From: the human T2T-CHM13v2.0 reference genome, Homo sapiens
NCBI RefSeq assembly: GCF_009914755.1
Contig: NC_060926.1
Reading direction: 5' to 3' (one strand)
DNA length: 64,000 nucleotides
Position 1 is the stretch's first letter. Every line of letters starts with the position of its first letter. The notes below the pieces were generated by a model that was given only the letters and a program-made list of their open reading frames with translations, searched no databases and was not told the DNA's origin. This document shows positions 12,407 through 27,105 of this stretch, in pieces. The translations under genes were made by a program, and so were the position numbers.

Positions 12407-14735
12407 TCCTTCTGCATAATAATTACATGAAAATTAGGTAATTATTAAATATTTATACATTTATGTACCATTCTTTAAGCTGACAAGAATGCATTATTAG
12501 AATTTAGATGAGGCAATACATACATGAGTTATTTTAAATAGTATTCTAAATCTTATAATTATGGGATAGAGTAACATATATGTCATAACATAAGTGCTGA
12601 AATAAGAAAAAGAGACTTACAATTTTGGAGTGATAGCACTCGTCCAGAAAGAGGTTATAGTATTTTGAGACCAAAAAATGTATAACAGATATGCATACTT
12701 TTTGTGTACTTTTGAAGCTCTTAGCATCTCTAAAGATCAGTCACAGCGAGTAGTTTGCAATTTTGTTGATTTTGAATTTAGTCCTGGTTGATGTATGGAA
12801 GTAATTATTTAGCTTGTAGGTGGGCCAGCCAGCATCCTGGCAGCCTCATCACGACTCAGTTCTTCTGTCTTTATGATTGAATTTAATAACTCTCATTAAA
12901 AATCTAAAAAACCCCCAAAATTTTCTTGTATACTTTTACTGCATTTTATTTGGGGAGGAGATAGTACGAAAAATGCAATCATAGCCTTTGTTGTCTTGGT
13001 ACTTAAAAAAGTCTCATGATGTTATGTGATGGATGAAGAAAAGAAAGGATACCCAGAGATGTGCAAAGGTGTGGTAGAGGGGACAGCAAGGGTCATGAAA
13101 GACTTGGTCAGAAACCGAATTAGGGACTGCTTTGGAAGGCTTAGAGTACCAAACTGCCATTGTAATCAGTGGGGAAATACCCTGCTTCTCGACTGGACCG
13201 TATTTGTTAAATGTAGAAGTGGTGTAGATTAGGAAGTCTGCTGCCTCACGGTGATGGGGGAAATTCTGTAAACTGCAGTAGTGGATTAACACCTGATCCT
13301 GGTCTGTTCCTTGTTGGCATTGGCCATGGCTGCAGGGAATGGGGTGCAATTGAGACTGGTTGAGGTCATCTCTAGTAAGTAATAGAAAGCTAGTTTTAAG
13401 AAGACAGAGGAAATGTGGGAAAAACTATTAAGTGCTCAGTATTTGTAGGAGCTGAATTTTGGTAGGTCTACTCAAGTTAAGAAGAAAGAGGAAGCCAGTT
13501 AGATTATTACAATAAACTGAAAATGAGAGTGAGTCCGGCCTAGGGTGGTGGGATCTATGGATATGAAAAAGGGTGAACAACTGTTAAGAAAAAAGTGTCA
13601 ATGGACGGGGCTTGCAATGAAAAATGAAAGAGGGAGGACTAAAAGGTGACTTTAAACCTGGATGGGACAGATTAATGACTGTGGCACTGGTAGAAATGAA
13701 GTTGGAATGAGAGCCTGGATGGTTTTGGAAGGGTAGGCTGGAGGTATCTGTGGGATATCTAAATGGACTTACCCTGTAAGCATTTGTGCTTGCAAAGTTG
13801 GATTTATGATGAGATATCCAGGCAGACTATCTTAGAAAAAGCAGAAAATAGGTGATACTTGAAGCCAGGAGAAGAGGATAAGAGGTTAACAGAGGCCAGA
13901 GGAGTAAGCTTTCTGGAAGAGGACAGAACCAAGTAACTCGATGAGTACTTGAATGTAGTGATATGAGCTCCCTGGTCACATCTGGTGTGAGTGAAGTCAC
14001 AGATCCTTAACTAGGCTAATTGTTCAGTCTGCCTGAGCCCTGCACAGTTGTAAATGGAAGCTGAGCCACGGATGATGGACTGCTTCTTTGCTTGAGGTCC
14101 AGGGGACAAGCGTGGGCACCAAAATGTGTGATGAAGCCCCAAATCCTTCTCCAAGCCAGCACATTTCTGTTGCTCTGCCTGGCTACCACTGTTCAGAGAG
14201 CTGGAGTTGTAAAGTTATCAGACGTGAGGTTAAAGAAGGCCATAGTAACTGACTGGTTTAAAATATTTTAACTTACCATGTGTTCTTTGTTATGGCACAT
14301 CTGCTATATCCATTATTTAATCTGCAAACTGTGGCTGGTCATCTTAGTGGGGCAGAGCCACATGTGAATGAGGCAATAGTCCTCGTTGGGGGTTAGTTTT
14401 GCCCTGTTGCAGACCAAATATGGACCCCTGGGCCAAGACATTTACTTACAAGATCAGACTTTGGGCCTCAGGGAAATGGCTGAAGATATGTGCGTGGATT
14501 AGCACCACTGGGAAAAATTTAGGGCTTTCCATAGTAGCACCACATCAAAGGTTCTTTTTTTTTTTTTTTTTTTTGTAATTTCACACAATTATACATGTAA
14601 GGTCCTATGATATTTCTTTGCCTTTCTAAGAATATAATTAATTACATAAAAATAGTAATATGTGGGAAACTAAAAATAATTTCCACTTTCAATTCTTTTT
14701 TTTTTCTTATTCTCTTTTAAAATACAACCATCCAG

Positions 14736-14835
14736 GAAATACCTTCATTGGATCAAGAGAAAACCAAACTTGAGCCTGGTCAACCCCAGCTGTCTCCAGG
14801 CATTTCCACTATTCATCTGCATCCACAGTTTCCAG
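14736..14835 (+). CDS. LTBP1: LTBP1 hinge exon (EIPSLDQEKTKLEPGQPQLSPGISTIHLHPQFP)
   Basis: tccag|GAA acceptor, CAG|gtagcc donor; 100 nt, phase 0-1. Confidence 0.94.
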
Positions 14836-15307
14836 GTAGCCTGTGTTGATCTGTGCTGTTTGTCAGAGTATTCTGAATAAAAATGTAAGACGGGAAATTT
14901 TTGTCTTTGACTTTGTGTAGTAAATTACTAGACTTCATAACTGAAGTTCAGTGTTAAGTATAGTAATATACTTATATAATGTTAGCATAATTACAGCATT
15001 GTAAGGATTGTAGTGGGAAAGATAGGTTTTTTTTTTTTACTGTTTTCTGTGATCAGGAGTAGTATACACTATTCAGACATTATTGAAGGTTATCATTTGA
15101 TGAACGATCATTTTTCTTGGCTTCCGCATCACTCTCAGATATTCTTGCTAAATGTTGAACCCAGAGCCTTGGGACATAGAACAGTTCTTTATATCTGACA
15201 AATGCTGTGATATATTGCTAGACTAAATTATGCTTGCATTTTGAAATGGGATCTCAATGCACATAACGGGCTTTAATTTTCTTTTTATCCTCTGCTTCCT
15301 CATATAG

Positions 15308-15406
15308 TAGTGATTGAAAAAACATCACCTCCTGTGCCTGTTGAAGTAGCTCCTGAAGCTTCTACGTCTAGTGCCAGCCAAGTGATTGCTCCTACTCAAG
15401 TGACAG
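15308..15406 (+). CDS. LTBP1: LTBP1 hinge exon (VVIEKTSPPVPVEVAPEASTSSASQVIAPTQVT)
   Basis: Tandem acceptor catatag|tag|TG (start 15308 or 15311), CAG|gttggt donor; 99 or 96 nt. Confidence 0.95.
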
Positions 15407-15685
15407 GTTGGTGCAGTATTTTTACATTATATATCACATGGAGGAGACGTGGGGCTGAGCTTCATTTTAAATGTAGTATCCATTATATAAGCTTGCTCAT
15501 GGCAGGGTTAGCCATACTAGCAAATATTTGGAAATCATCTAAATACAGTTAAAAAGGAGGAGTATGTGGAAATAAATTATAGTATATATGAAACAGAATA
15601 TCACATAGTATTAAAATAATGTTTGAAAAGAGTAGTTAATATCATGAGGAAATATGGCATAATCTGTTAATAAATACAGAATACA

Positions 15686-16371
<686 letters not shown>

Positions 16372-16784
16372 TCACCAGTTAATACTGGATCATGGATAAT
16401 TATGTTCTTTAATATATTTTTATTTTCAAAGTTCTGTATAATAAACATATTATTTTAATCATGAGTGAAATAGCATAAAATGTTTTATATTCTGAAACAA
16501 ATGCAAAATTCTAAATGTCCATATCCTTAATGTGTATTGAGCTCTTATAAATCAATAGGAAAAATACTAACAATAGAGAAATGGAAAAATAATATAATCA
16601 GATAATTTGTAGGAAAAAACAATACCAAGAAGCATGTAACAGAAAATTTCGACTTTCCTGGTAATCAAAGAAAGGCAAACTAACCTAGGATAATACCTTA
16701 TTCCTATCAAATTAGTATGTAAAACCCAATCAAATTTTTTTATTAGGGTGAGATTGAGACTCTCTCACATTGCTAAAGGGAGTA

Positions 16785-17276
16785 TGTGTTGGGGTTCTCC
16801 AGAGAGACAGAACCAACAGGATATATCCAGATATGTAGAAAGAGCTTTATTGTGAGGGATTGGCTCACACCATTCTGAAGGCTGAGAAATTCCAGGCCAA
16901 GGAAGGCTGGTGTTATAGTTCTAGTGCAAACCCAAAGGCCTGAGAAGCAGGGGAGTTGATAGCATAAGTTCCAGTCTGAGTCTGAGTCTGAAGGCCTGGA
17001 TACCGGGCATACCAGCGTCTGAGGGCAGGAGAAGATGGATGTCTCAGCTGAAGTAGAGCAGATTGCCTTCCTCAGCCTTTTTGTTGTGTTTGAGCCCAGC
17101 ACCCAGCAGATAGGATACCCACCCACGCTGCTGAGGGTGATCTTCTTTACACAGTCTAACAATTCAAAGGCCTTTTTCTTCCAGAAACACCCTCACAGAC
17201 ACACCCAGAAATATGTGATCAGCTATCTGGACATCCCTTAGCCCAGTCCAGTTGACTCATGAAATTAACCTTCACA
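16785..17276 (-). mobile_element. MLT2-family (ERVL) solo LTR inserted in an old L1M fragment
   Basis: TG...CA termini, 5-bp TSD GAGTA (16780-16784, 17277-17281); ggttctccagagagacagaaccaa and aaattaaccttcaca ends. Confidence 0.8.
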
Positions 17277-18004
17277 GAGTATAAAGCACAAATTGGCAAT
17301 ATGTATAAAAAACTTCAGAACTATTCAGAACTTTTGACCCAGTAATTCTATTTTAAGACATCTTGTCTAAGGAAATAATATTCCCAAAGGCTGTGGGTAG
17401 GAGTTTATATGAGTGGTTACCTATCACAGACAATGTATAATACAGAATAAATAGAAATAACTGTACATTCAACTACAGGGAAATAGATAATTATGTTACA
17501 TCTATACATTGGAACATTATGTTGCCACCAAATATAGTATTTTTGAAGAATTTTTATTGAAATATAGCAGGAAGTAGTCATACAATATTGCTAAATTTAA
17601 GATGAAGGATAAAAAACTGAATGATATAGAGTATTATACCAGTTTTTTTAAAGACATATATACACTGAGAAAATGCTGGGAGAAAATACACTAGATATTA
17701 GCAGTGGTTTTTTTTTAGTGGCATCTGAGAGATTTAAGTGTTTTATTTTAGATTTTTTTATTTTCCATATTTTCTAAACTGAACAGTTATTTTTAGAGTC
17801 AGCAAAAATGTCACTAAGGGGCATCATCATCAACTTTAACTGAATTTATGATACCACTGCAGGATGAGGTTGACAATGTGTTATAGGAGCTAAATGGAAG
17901 AGTTTGGAGCCTCCTTTAGAATATTCCCTCCTCAGAAACATGTTATGGTTCCTTTCTAATAGAAATGTTCTCATATGTTAAGCTTTTGGCCACTTAGTGA
18001 GTCA

Positions 18005-19440
18005 GTAGAACAGGAGCCTCGCCCTTCAGGGTGCAGCTACAGTCACCTAGCCACGGCTCCAGATCTAGACATCCCTGCACTCTAAGGGGCTGGGAAGTCC
18101 CTCTTTCACCACAGGCTCAGAAGTGCCTGCTGTCACTCCTTGGCCTCTCCCCGCTGCCAGCGCCTGCTCCAGGGTGGAGCAAAGTTGTGGCCAAGCCCAA
18201 GTGCTATTGCAACCCAGCCAGTTGTGCATGTGCTTGGGTGAGTGTTGACATGCCAGTCCCCTGTCGCCTTGGCCCCCTCTGGACATTGGGCACCAATGAG
18301 CATGGGAGGGAAGCTGAGGGTAAGCTGAGGGTAGCTCAGTGTGGGCTTGCAGGTGCCCCTCAGCATGAATAGCCTGGGTGTGTGGACAACATGTTGATGG
18401 AGGGAGGCAGACAGGTTCCTGGGTGGAAAGGGGTGAGTCCTCAGTGAAACCCCACCTTCAAGCCAGGAATGGCCTGAAGCCTGGGGGCCAGGCTGCCAGT
18501 TCCAGGTGTAGTCCACGGTCCAGAGTGAAGACTTCATCGATAACAGTTTGGCCAATCAGATGGTGTTTTTCTAGGCCCTCCATGATCACCCATGGACCAA
18601 TCAGCACACACTTCCTCCATTCTGAGCCCATAAAAACCCTGGACTCAGCCAAACTCACACAGATGTCAGGAGTACCAGCTGTGAGAAGGAGCTACCCACT
18701 TCGGGTCTCCTCAGCTTTTCAGGATGACGTGCCCGCAGAAAGGAGCTACCCACTGTGGGTATCCTGAGAGCTGTCACGTCACTCAGTGAAGCTCCTCTCC
18801 ACCTTGCTCACCCTCCAGTTTTCTGTATACCTCATTCTTCCTGGATGTGGGACAAGAACTCAGAGCCCACCAAATGGTGGTACTGAAAGAGCTATGACAC
18901 AAACGGGGCTGAAACATGACCCCCCCACTCACCATGTTGAGGGTGCCGAGAAGGGAAGAAGAGCTGTGGCCCTTTGGGGAGCCCAAACCTAGGGGCTCCC
19001 CAAGCCAGGGCTGTAACAGCCTCTTTGGTGCTGTGTGGTTTCTGGCATCTCCGAGCTTTCGGGCAGCACTGTGTCCGCCATCTCCAGATGCTGGTGCCTG
19101 CAGCAGAAGTTACTGGCAGTATATCTGGTCCAGCCACAGCCTCACATGAAGCCTGCACCTGTGCCAGCACCTGGAGCTGCCCAGTCTGCTACAGCAGCTG
19201 GGATGCCTGGCTGTGTGTAGTGGCTGGACCCCATGCTTGCTTGCTCACACACCCCTCACTGCTCCACACCTGGCTTGCCCTTGGCAAGTGTGGGATCTGG
19301 GCTGGCAGCACAGGCCAAGCACAGCCTGCTGGGCTGAGTGGGTAGAACAAGCTCAGTGGGTGCAAGCAAAACTTGGGCAAAGATGCCACCAGCCACAGAG
19401 GTTCTGGCTGGCAAAGTGATACCCCAAGGATCCTGTGACA
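18005..19440 (+). mobile_element. Long GC-rich ERV1 LTR, MER52-like
   Basis: Abrupt GC-rich block ending ccaaggatcctgtgaca; CCAAT boxes at 18552 and 18597, TATA-like CATAAAAA at 18629; 5' end indistinct. Confidence 0.65.
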
Positions 19441-21979
19441 AAATGATGGTGATTTTTTTTAATGGCCATGGCTAAAATTGTTATTCTCTATTCTGAGGTC
19501 ATGTATGTATCTACCCACTTTATTGAGCACACTGATAAGAGACTGCTTTGTGCTGCAAAGTATACAAGCAAATAATACACTATTTTGGACAGCAAGGATC
19601 TTCTAATTGTTTATAGTAATGTTAAAAAGAAAAAAATGCAGTAAGACATTGTAATTTACTAGTTCTTTCAAAATACTGCATTTCAATTTTTTCAATGTGA
19701 AGATAAACTCTAGTTTTGAATGGGCATGGCTGACTTAAATGGACAAACCTCTTTCAAACTAGCTTTGTAGAGGTTAAGTTCAGTTAGGTAAATGCAGTTT
19801 CAACATTTAAATGTAGCTGTGTGAAGGGTAACAAATTGAAGTTACTCAGCTTCAACTGAACTGCAGAGCTGGTTAAAAAAACAATGCAAGTAGCCTTGCT
19901 ATAGGAAGTTGTTAAAACACAACTTGTTAGAGGCTTAATTTGAGTTTGGCAGAAATACAGGGCTGACATCTGCTGTCACATGTTTGAAGCATGAATATAT
20001 CCTTCCAAGAAACAAGTGATGCAGATTTTCTTTTCATGCAACAGTTGTAGGTACTTCCACTTTCTGTAGTAAAAGAATATTTCTGAAAGAATCCATAGGG
20101 GGAACAGTATAGATAGTCTTTGAAATGAAGTGGTTTGCAACTTTAGAGCTACACTATACATAGTGATCTGCATTAGCACAAGAAGACTGTTTTGTATCAA
20201 ATATAATTTAACTCAAAATGTGTATGTTCCCATCGGTTTCATATGGGAGCCAAACACAGATTTAAGGAGCAATCTCATCAGTTCTCTCAGGAATATTGCA
20301 TAATAATGTTTTTGTCTCTAAAACACAGAGGAGGTAAATATTATTTGTTACTGTTAGTTTCTCCCATGATTGAAGACAGGGATAGAACAATACGTAAGAG
20401 TCTAAAATGAATACCATCAGCTCCACATTGTTTAGTGATTATATCTTTACGATGGTGAAATTGGAAGTAGCCTTTTCACATTTAGCTAAACACACTTTGA
20501 CATGTGATAATTATAAAGTGAGCCACATATCTGCAGGAAATACGTGTGATGTTTTCCACTCTTAACAGCTGACTTGGTGGCTCGCAACATTATTGGCATA
20601 CCATTTTCAAGTGAATTATATGTTTCAGCATATAAATTCTTGATTTAGCATAGTGTCTTAATAGCTAAAGGATAGGTTGGGAAAATCAAACTTTTATTTC
20701 TCTGGCAGATATTTACAAAGTGGAAACATCTGTTTCAATTGTTGTGGGACAATCTATGCTCACTGTGGGGCAGTTAGGAAGCCAGGGCATTTTTGTAAAC
20801 CTTTCCATGAGTTAACATTTGATGCCTTCCTCTGGCTCTTCCCAAGCTTTCTCCATGGCTCTTGCAGACTGGTCAGAAATTATTCTTTGACTGAGTTAAC
20901 TGCCTTGTGGAAACCTCTGTAATTATCATGGCCCAGACATTTAAAAAAACTATTTGCTCATCAGATCTTTTCCAGAACTCAGAAATGACCCAAAAATGTT
21001 TGTCCCTCAAGCATATTACCAGTGTCATTACTGCCTCAATAAACTGTGTATGCGGATAGAAAATGAACTCTTTTATTTCCATGTGAAATCATCATGCTTT
21101 AGTATTTCCAGACTCCATTCATTCATTCATTCATTCATTCATTCATTCAGGGAATCACATGATGAAGAAAAAAGCTAAAAGTCAGTATAGTCATTTTCAT
21201 ATTTTGCTAAAAGCTTTCTGTTTCATTTAATTTTAGAAAATAGAGTAAAAATACCACACTGTTAAATCTACCATTGGCCTTGTTGCTGGTATAAATAGAG
21301 TATTTGGTTTTCCATCACTGGCTTTCTGTCATGGCCCTTTTTCCATATTCTAGATGGACTCCAGCAAAAGAAATAGAATAAGGTCCTTGACCTGGTGAAG
21401 ATGAGGTTTTCAGGGAGCAGATATAGTAGGGAAGAGTAGGGCTGTCCTGTGAACCAGGTGGCATTATGAAGGACATGTGAGAGAGTCCAGTGGGGAGCAC
21501 TCACTTAATCGTCTCTCTGCAAAGCCAAGAAAGCCAAGCATGCTAAAAAGACAAGACATTCCCATTCACCAGCATACATACCCCTGACACAAGAAATGAG
21601 TGCTGTCTATGTGAGGCTTGACTCTGGTGTATCAGACAGAGCCCAGTTTCTAGAGTTTATATTGACACAGTTTGCTCAAAGAATCATATTCTTCTACATG
21701 AACTGATCTACTCGGTGGGAAAAGGTTTGCATGCCGATGTGTGAGTGACCACTTAGGAAAAATATAAAGCATCTTGTCTTTGCCCTAAAAAACAGAAAAT
21801 GCAGAACACTTTTCCTGTTCTTTAAGACAACATTCTCAGGACTTGTGTACTGTCTATGTGCTCAGGAATGAAAACCTATTAGAAAAGGAGAGAAAACACA
21901 GGGGAGATATGAGGGAGACATGTTTTATATGTTTTAAAGTATAAGTACCAGTAATTTATTTTTTTACCTGATATTCAAC

Positions 21980-22233
21980 TTTTTTTTTTTTTTTTTTGAG
22001 GCAAAGTCTCGCCCTGTCACTCAGGGTTCAAGCGATTCTCCTGCCTCAGCCTCCCGAATAGCTGGGACTACAGGTGCCCACCACCACACCTGGCTAATTT
22101 TTTCTATTTTTAGTAAGGATGGGGTTTCACCATGTCCTGGCTGGCCTCAAACTCCTGACCTCGCCTCAAGTGATCCTCCCTTCTCGGCCTCCCAAAGTGC
22201 TGGGATTACAGACGTGAGCCACTGCACACAGCC
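21980..22233 (-). mobile_element. AluS with internal deletion
   Basis: TSD ctgat(a/g)ttcaact. Confidence 0.9.
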
Positions 22234-22318
22234 TCTGATGTTCAACTTTTTGATAAGTAGTGAATAGAAAGCAGACAGGGGTGTTTTGAAGGTGTGATGG
22301 TTGTTTTCTGTCTGCCTA

Positions 22319-22696
<378 letters not shown>

Positions 22697-22773
22697 TCAC
22701 TTGTGTAAAAATGGGAAGAAGTAGAAATCAAGTATGTTTCAGAAAGTGTCCCTCTTTCCTTTGCTGTATCTCT

Positions 22774-22792
22774 TAGTACCCTCTAGTGGTGT
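22774..22792 (-). promoter_or_regulatory. Candidate CTCF site
   Basis: Minus strand ACACCACTAGAGGGTACTA versus core CCASYAGRKGGC: one core mismatch; unique sequence. Confidence 0.4.
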
Positions 22793-24539
22793 CAGCCTAA
22801 CATTTTCTTACATGTAACGTGATCCTGACAGACATGTTCAGCGTTTGCAAGCCACGTCTCTATATACTTATGTATGAGGTAATCAACTAAAAATCAACAA
22901 ACATTTTTTATCAAATTCCAACCTCCTAGCTTCTATCTAAGATATTGGATTGGTGGGAAAGGCCATTATTACTCATTTTATTCCTAAGACTAAAGAGTTA
23001 TACTTCTTCACTATTTCTCCTACCTCAGAGCTGACTTTTGAGAAGAAACACTTTAGCTATGTTGGCAATTTGTGGCATAGGAATATATCACATTTTAATT
23101 AAGCATCACATATATTTGAAGACTTGTTCACACATATAAAGAAGTTCCATTCTAAGGCTGTCCCTGCCAAATGACAAATACTTGGTAATCACCAAATTGG
23201 TATTGTGGGAGTGGGTTAGTGACTACTCATCAAGCTTTTCATGAAAACCCCAGATTTATAGCCTCTTAATTTGTTCTGAACCCTTGCCCTGAATATATTA
23301 ATTCACCTTCTAATTTTTTTTTTTGCAAATATGGTCAACATGTCTTTCTGCTTTATGAAAATGTCAGAGATGAGTATAAAGATAGGTCAATAACCACCCG
23401 GGAAAAAACCCAAGAAATCTAAACACCAGTAACTTGCAAAGGAAGCTTCTATGTATAATATAGAGTCGTGTGCATCTCATGCTGTTTCACTAAAAAATTC
23501 CTATAAACAGAAGAGAATTCTTACCTGAAAGTCCATGAGTATAACCTGGTGAAGATTACCTTTTACCTTCAGATTTTAGGTACATACAAGTTATATTTTT
23601 AAGGAAGACTTTTCAGATTATGAAAGTGCCAAGACATGCTTAGTGTAAAAATTTTAAAAAGTACCAAAAAAAATGAAGAAAATGCTAATCCTAAAAACCA
23701 TAAAACTTGGATCTACTTCCCTCCAACCTTCTTTTCTGTGTGTATTGTAGTATAATGGAGATTATATTCTATATTATAATTTGTGCCTGTGTTTTTTTAA
23801 CAAATAAGCATTTTCCTATCTTGTTAATGATTATATGCTGTGCTGTATGTATAATTCATTGTTTTGTGTTATTATTGCCAGTCACTTAAGTTTAGGCAGT
23901 CATATTAATTACCCATGTTTTTAGCCTTTTGAATTATTTTTCCTATAATTTGATAATATTTTCACTATAAACAAATGTATCTTCCTGAAAGTGAATTAAC
24001 ATAACTAGACTCACAAAAGGTATAAGTAATTTGTAAATACATGGGGTGTGCATACATTTCTCATACATCCAGGTGACTTTGTGTAAAATGCTGAAGTTCA
24101 TATGCTTCCTTTTTCAGATGACTTGCATGAGTAGTCTCAAAGTCACAGCACAGTGAATACTTTATGAAAAATGAAGCATGTGGTTTTGGTTTCGGAGAGC
24201 AACCTCAACCCCAATTTAGGTCATTTCCATAGTGAATCTGTGTTAAAGCACTGTTTTCCACATCCTTTTACTGCAGAATAGGCAGTGTGTTATTAGCGAG
24301 AATAGCCCACCTGCTTTTCTTCTCATTCAAACCACAGACCTCTCTAACAAAGCTGTGCTCCTAGGTTGTCATGCTCAGAGGCGCCAAACTATTTACCTTG
24401 GAGGGTCGCTTGGCCTCATTCATACCAGCCTCTCTTTTGAGCCTTGTTTACTATACGATGACAGATAATAGCCCAAGGTAGTATTGGTATAAATGTGTTG
24501 GTTTTTAAATATATTCTTAAATGACTTCAATATGAACAA

Positions 24540-24770
24540 TAATGGTAACTTTTATTGAGCACATATAATATGCCAGGCATTGGCTACATGCGTTATTTAG
24601 AGTATCTCTTTCATTCTCATACTTTGAAGTTGGAACTCTGATTATTTCCATTTTACACATGTAGAAAAGTGAGGCATAGAATGGTGAGGTCACTTGCCCC
24701 ATTCTGCAGAACTGTAAAGGGCAGCAGCATTTGTGCCTGCACTGTCTTCAAGCCAGTGCTTCTAACCACC
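24540..24770 (-). mobile_element. MIR
   Basis: tttattgagcac...ccattttacacatgtagaaaagtgaggc...cacttgccc. Confidence 0.65.
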
Positions 24771-25669
24771 AGCTGTGCCACCTTCACTAGGCCATTAGAC
24801 CTTCTTACAAAGGACATTGGAAACAGAAAATCTTAAAGGAGTAATTAATCTCAGAAGGCCCCCTTTGAGTCCTTGGGTTTTTTTTTGATGGACTCCACCT
24901 AACCATGGACTCCTAAGACCCTCCCTCCACTGTAGTGTATGTCTGTGAGTAGACTGAGGACTTGAACAGGGCTAATCTGTACAGGATATAGAGAAGAAGC
25001 CAGTCTTACACAGGGCTCAGTAAGGGAGTAAGGGAGGAATTTAGCAGAAAAGATTTGGGAAAAGATTCTACTTTACCAGTAGAAATAAAATATGTTCATT
25101 TTGAAATTGGCAAATAAGAGTAAGATACACCAAGAAGTTTTTCTTTGTTTAGAAGTGGGAGGTCTTTGGGGGGATTAATGATAAATTTTGGAGGAGATTG
25201 GATGTATTTGTTGAAACTCAAATATGGCCTGCTAAAGAATGGAAAGTTACAATGTGTTTCTTATCAATAGATAAGAAATCTCTTACCTATTGGTGATTCA
25301 GACTCTATCATCTAAGATGAACTACAATGAATAGAAACTCATTAATAGGCCATTTTGGAAGCTGTTTTATTAATAATTGATTTTCTTACAACTTACAACA
25401 TGGCCTTTTTCTGAGTTTCTTCTCACTTCAGTTCATCTTAAAAATGGCTTTACTAGGAACTATTGATGTCCTTGGATAGGACTAACTAATCCATTATAAA
25501 GTAATCACATGAATTTATACTTGATGTCAGAGGTCACCTTTGTCTTCTAAATGTAGAGCTGGCAATAATTTGCTAGTTGGTCAGGAAACTCAAAGTAATA
25601 CTTTGAGAGTAGCAGTGAAATCTGTTCATTTCTGTGGGTTTTTTCACATTATTTTATTTACTTTTAAAG

Positions 25670-25795
25670 AAATCAATGAATGTACTGTGAACCCTGATAT
25701 CTGTGGAGCAGGACACTGCATTAACCTACCAGTGAGATATACCTGTATATGCTACGAGGGCTACAGGTTCAGTGAACAACAGAGGAAATGTGTGG
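25670..25795 (+). CDS. LTBP1: LTBP1 cbEGF exon (EINECTVNPDICGAGHCINLPVRYTCICYEGYRFSEQQRKCV)
   Basis: ttttaaag|AA, GTGG|gtaag; 126 nt, phase 1-1; 6-Cys EGF pattern. Confidence 0.97.
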
Positions 25796-26979
25796 GTAAG
25801 AGACAATTTGATTGACTAAATTATTAAATATCAAACATTTGAACATTAAGAACATTTTTTTCTTAAACCAACTTAACCATTTTGGGAAAGTGTTACTGGT
25901 TTAATTTTTTGAAAGTTTATCCCTTAGCTAAGGGAGCTCAAAAAAAGGTTTGCTAAACAACTGGAATTCTCTTACCTCTTTGTTCAACATTTGTTTACCT
26001 CGCAAATGTAATATATTTACATAAAGGTGAAATAATTTCCAAAAGCTTTTTGGATAAAGTAAACAAAATATGAATTACAGAAACAGCTACCTAAAAACAT
26101 GTATTTAGCAAAAACAAATTAACATTAGTGTATACTGCAGTAAAGAATTACATTCATTTATGTACATAAGACTTGATTTTTTTAAAGGGATTTTAAAATT
26201 GAAAATCCATATATGCTGGCCTGAAGGTGTCAGTCAATTTAGAAATTTAGGGATCTCATATATGCTCCTTTTGGAAAAAAAAAAAGTATCTCAGAAAGAT
26301 ATGCAGTAGAGTTAAATAAATCATTTTAATGTGACTCTACATTTAATTTCTCTTTTTTTTTTTTAAGAAAAAGAAAATTCAGCACTAAATTATGAGGCCA
26401 ATAGGAAGCAACAAAGGAACATATCTAATTAATACTTCTTTAGTATATGTGAATTTTGCTGTTTGGTGTGTGTGTATGGGGGAGAAAGGAGACAGCCACC
26501 TGGTCCATAATTTGGCTATTTCCTTGTCATTTGTATACATTATATGTGTCACTTTCAGAACCTAGAATATTAAGTTAGAAAGGCAACAGAGATGACCTAA
26601 TCCAACTCCATCCACATGCACGGAGGAAGAGTCTCTTTCATGGCATTTCTGACTCCTTACTGACAGCAAATTCCATTGCTTGGATGTCTCTCGTTATCAG
26701 GAGAATCCTTCTGTGTTGACCTGAAATCTGCCTCTTTGAAACACCAGTGTCATGGTTTTGTAGTTTTAGCCTTTGAAGTGATACACAGTAGGCTGCTTCT
26801 CTCTTCCAGGAACAATCCTTCAAGTACGCGAGGAGAAAGATCGTGTCTCCTTTTGCTGTTGTCCTCAGTTATAAAGGTTGGGTGGTACCCAGGGAATAGT
26901 ATGATGGTATTTTACAGAACAGGGAAACTAAGTTCTTGCTACACAGAACTAATATTTTTATATGTATTTTTGTTAACAG

Positions 26980-27105
26980 ATATTGATGAGTGTACTCAGG
27001 TCCAACACCTCTGCTCCCAGGGCCGCTGTGAAAACACCGAGGGAAGTTTCTTGTGCATTTGCCCAGCAGGATTTATGGCCAGTGAGGAGGGTACTAACTG
27101 CATAG
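26980..27105 (+). CDS. LTBP1: LTBP1 cbEGF exon (DIDECTQVQHLCSQGRCENTEGSFLCICPAGFMASEEGTNCI)
   Basis: taacag|AT, TAG|gtaat; 126 nt; DIDEC Ca-binding motif. Confidence 0.97.
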   Translation: MLMSVLRSNTSAPRAAVKTPREVSCAFAQQDLWPVRRVLTA

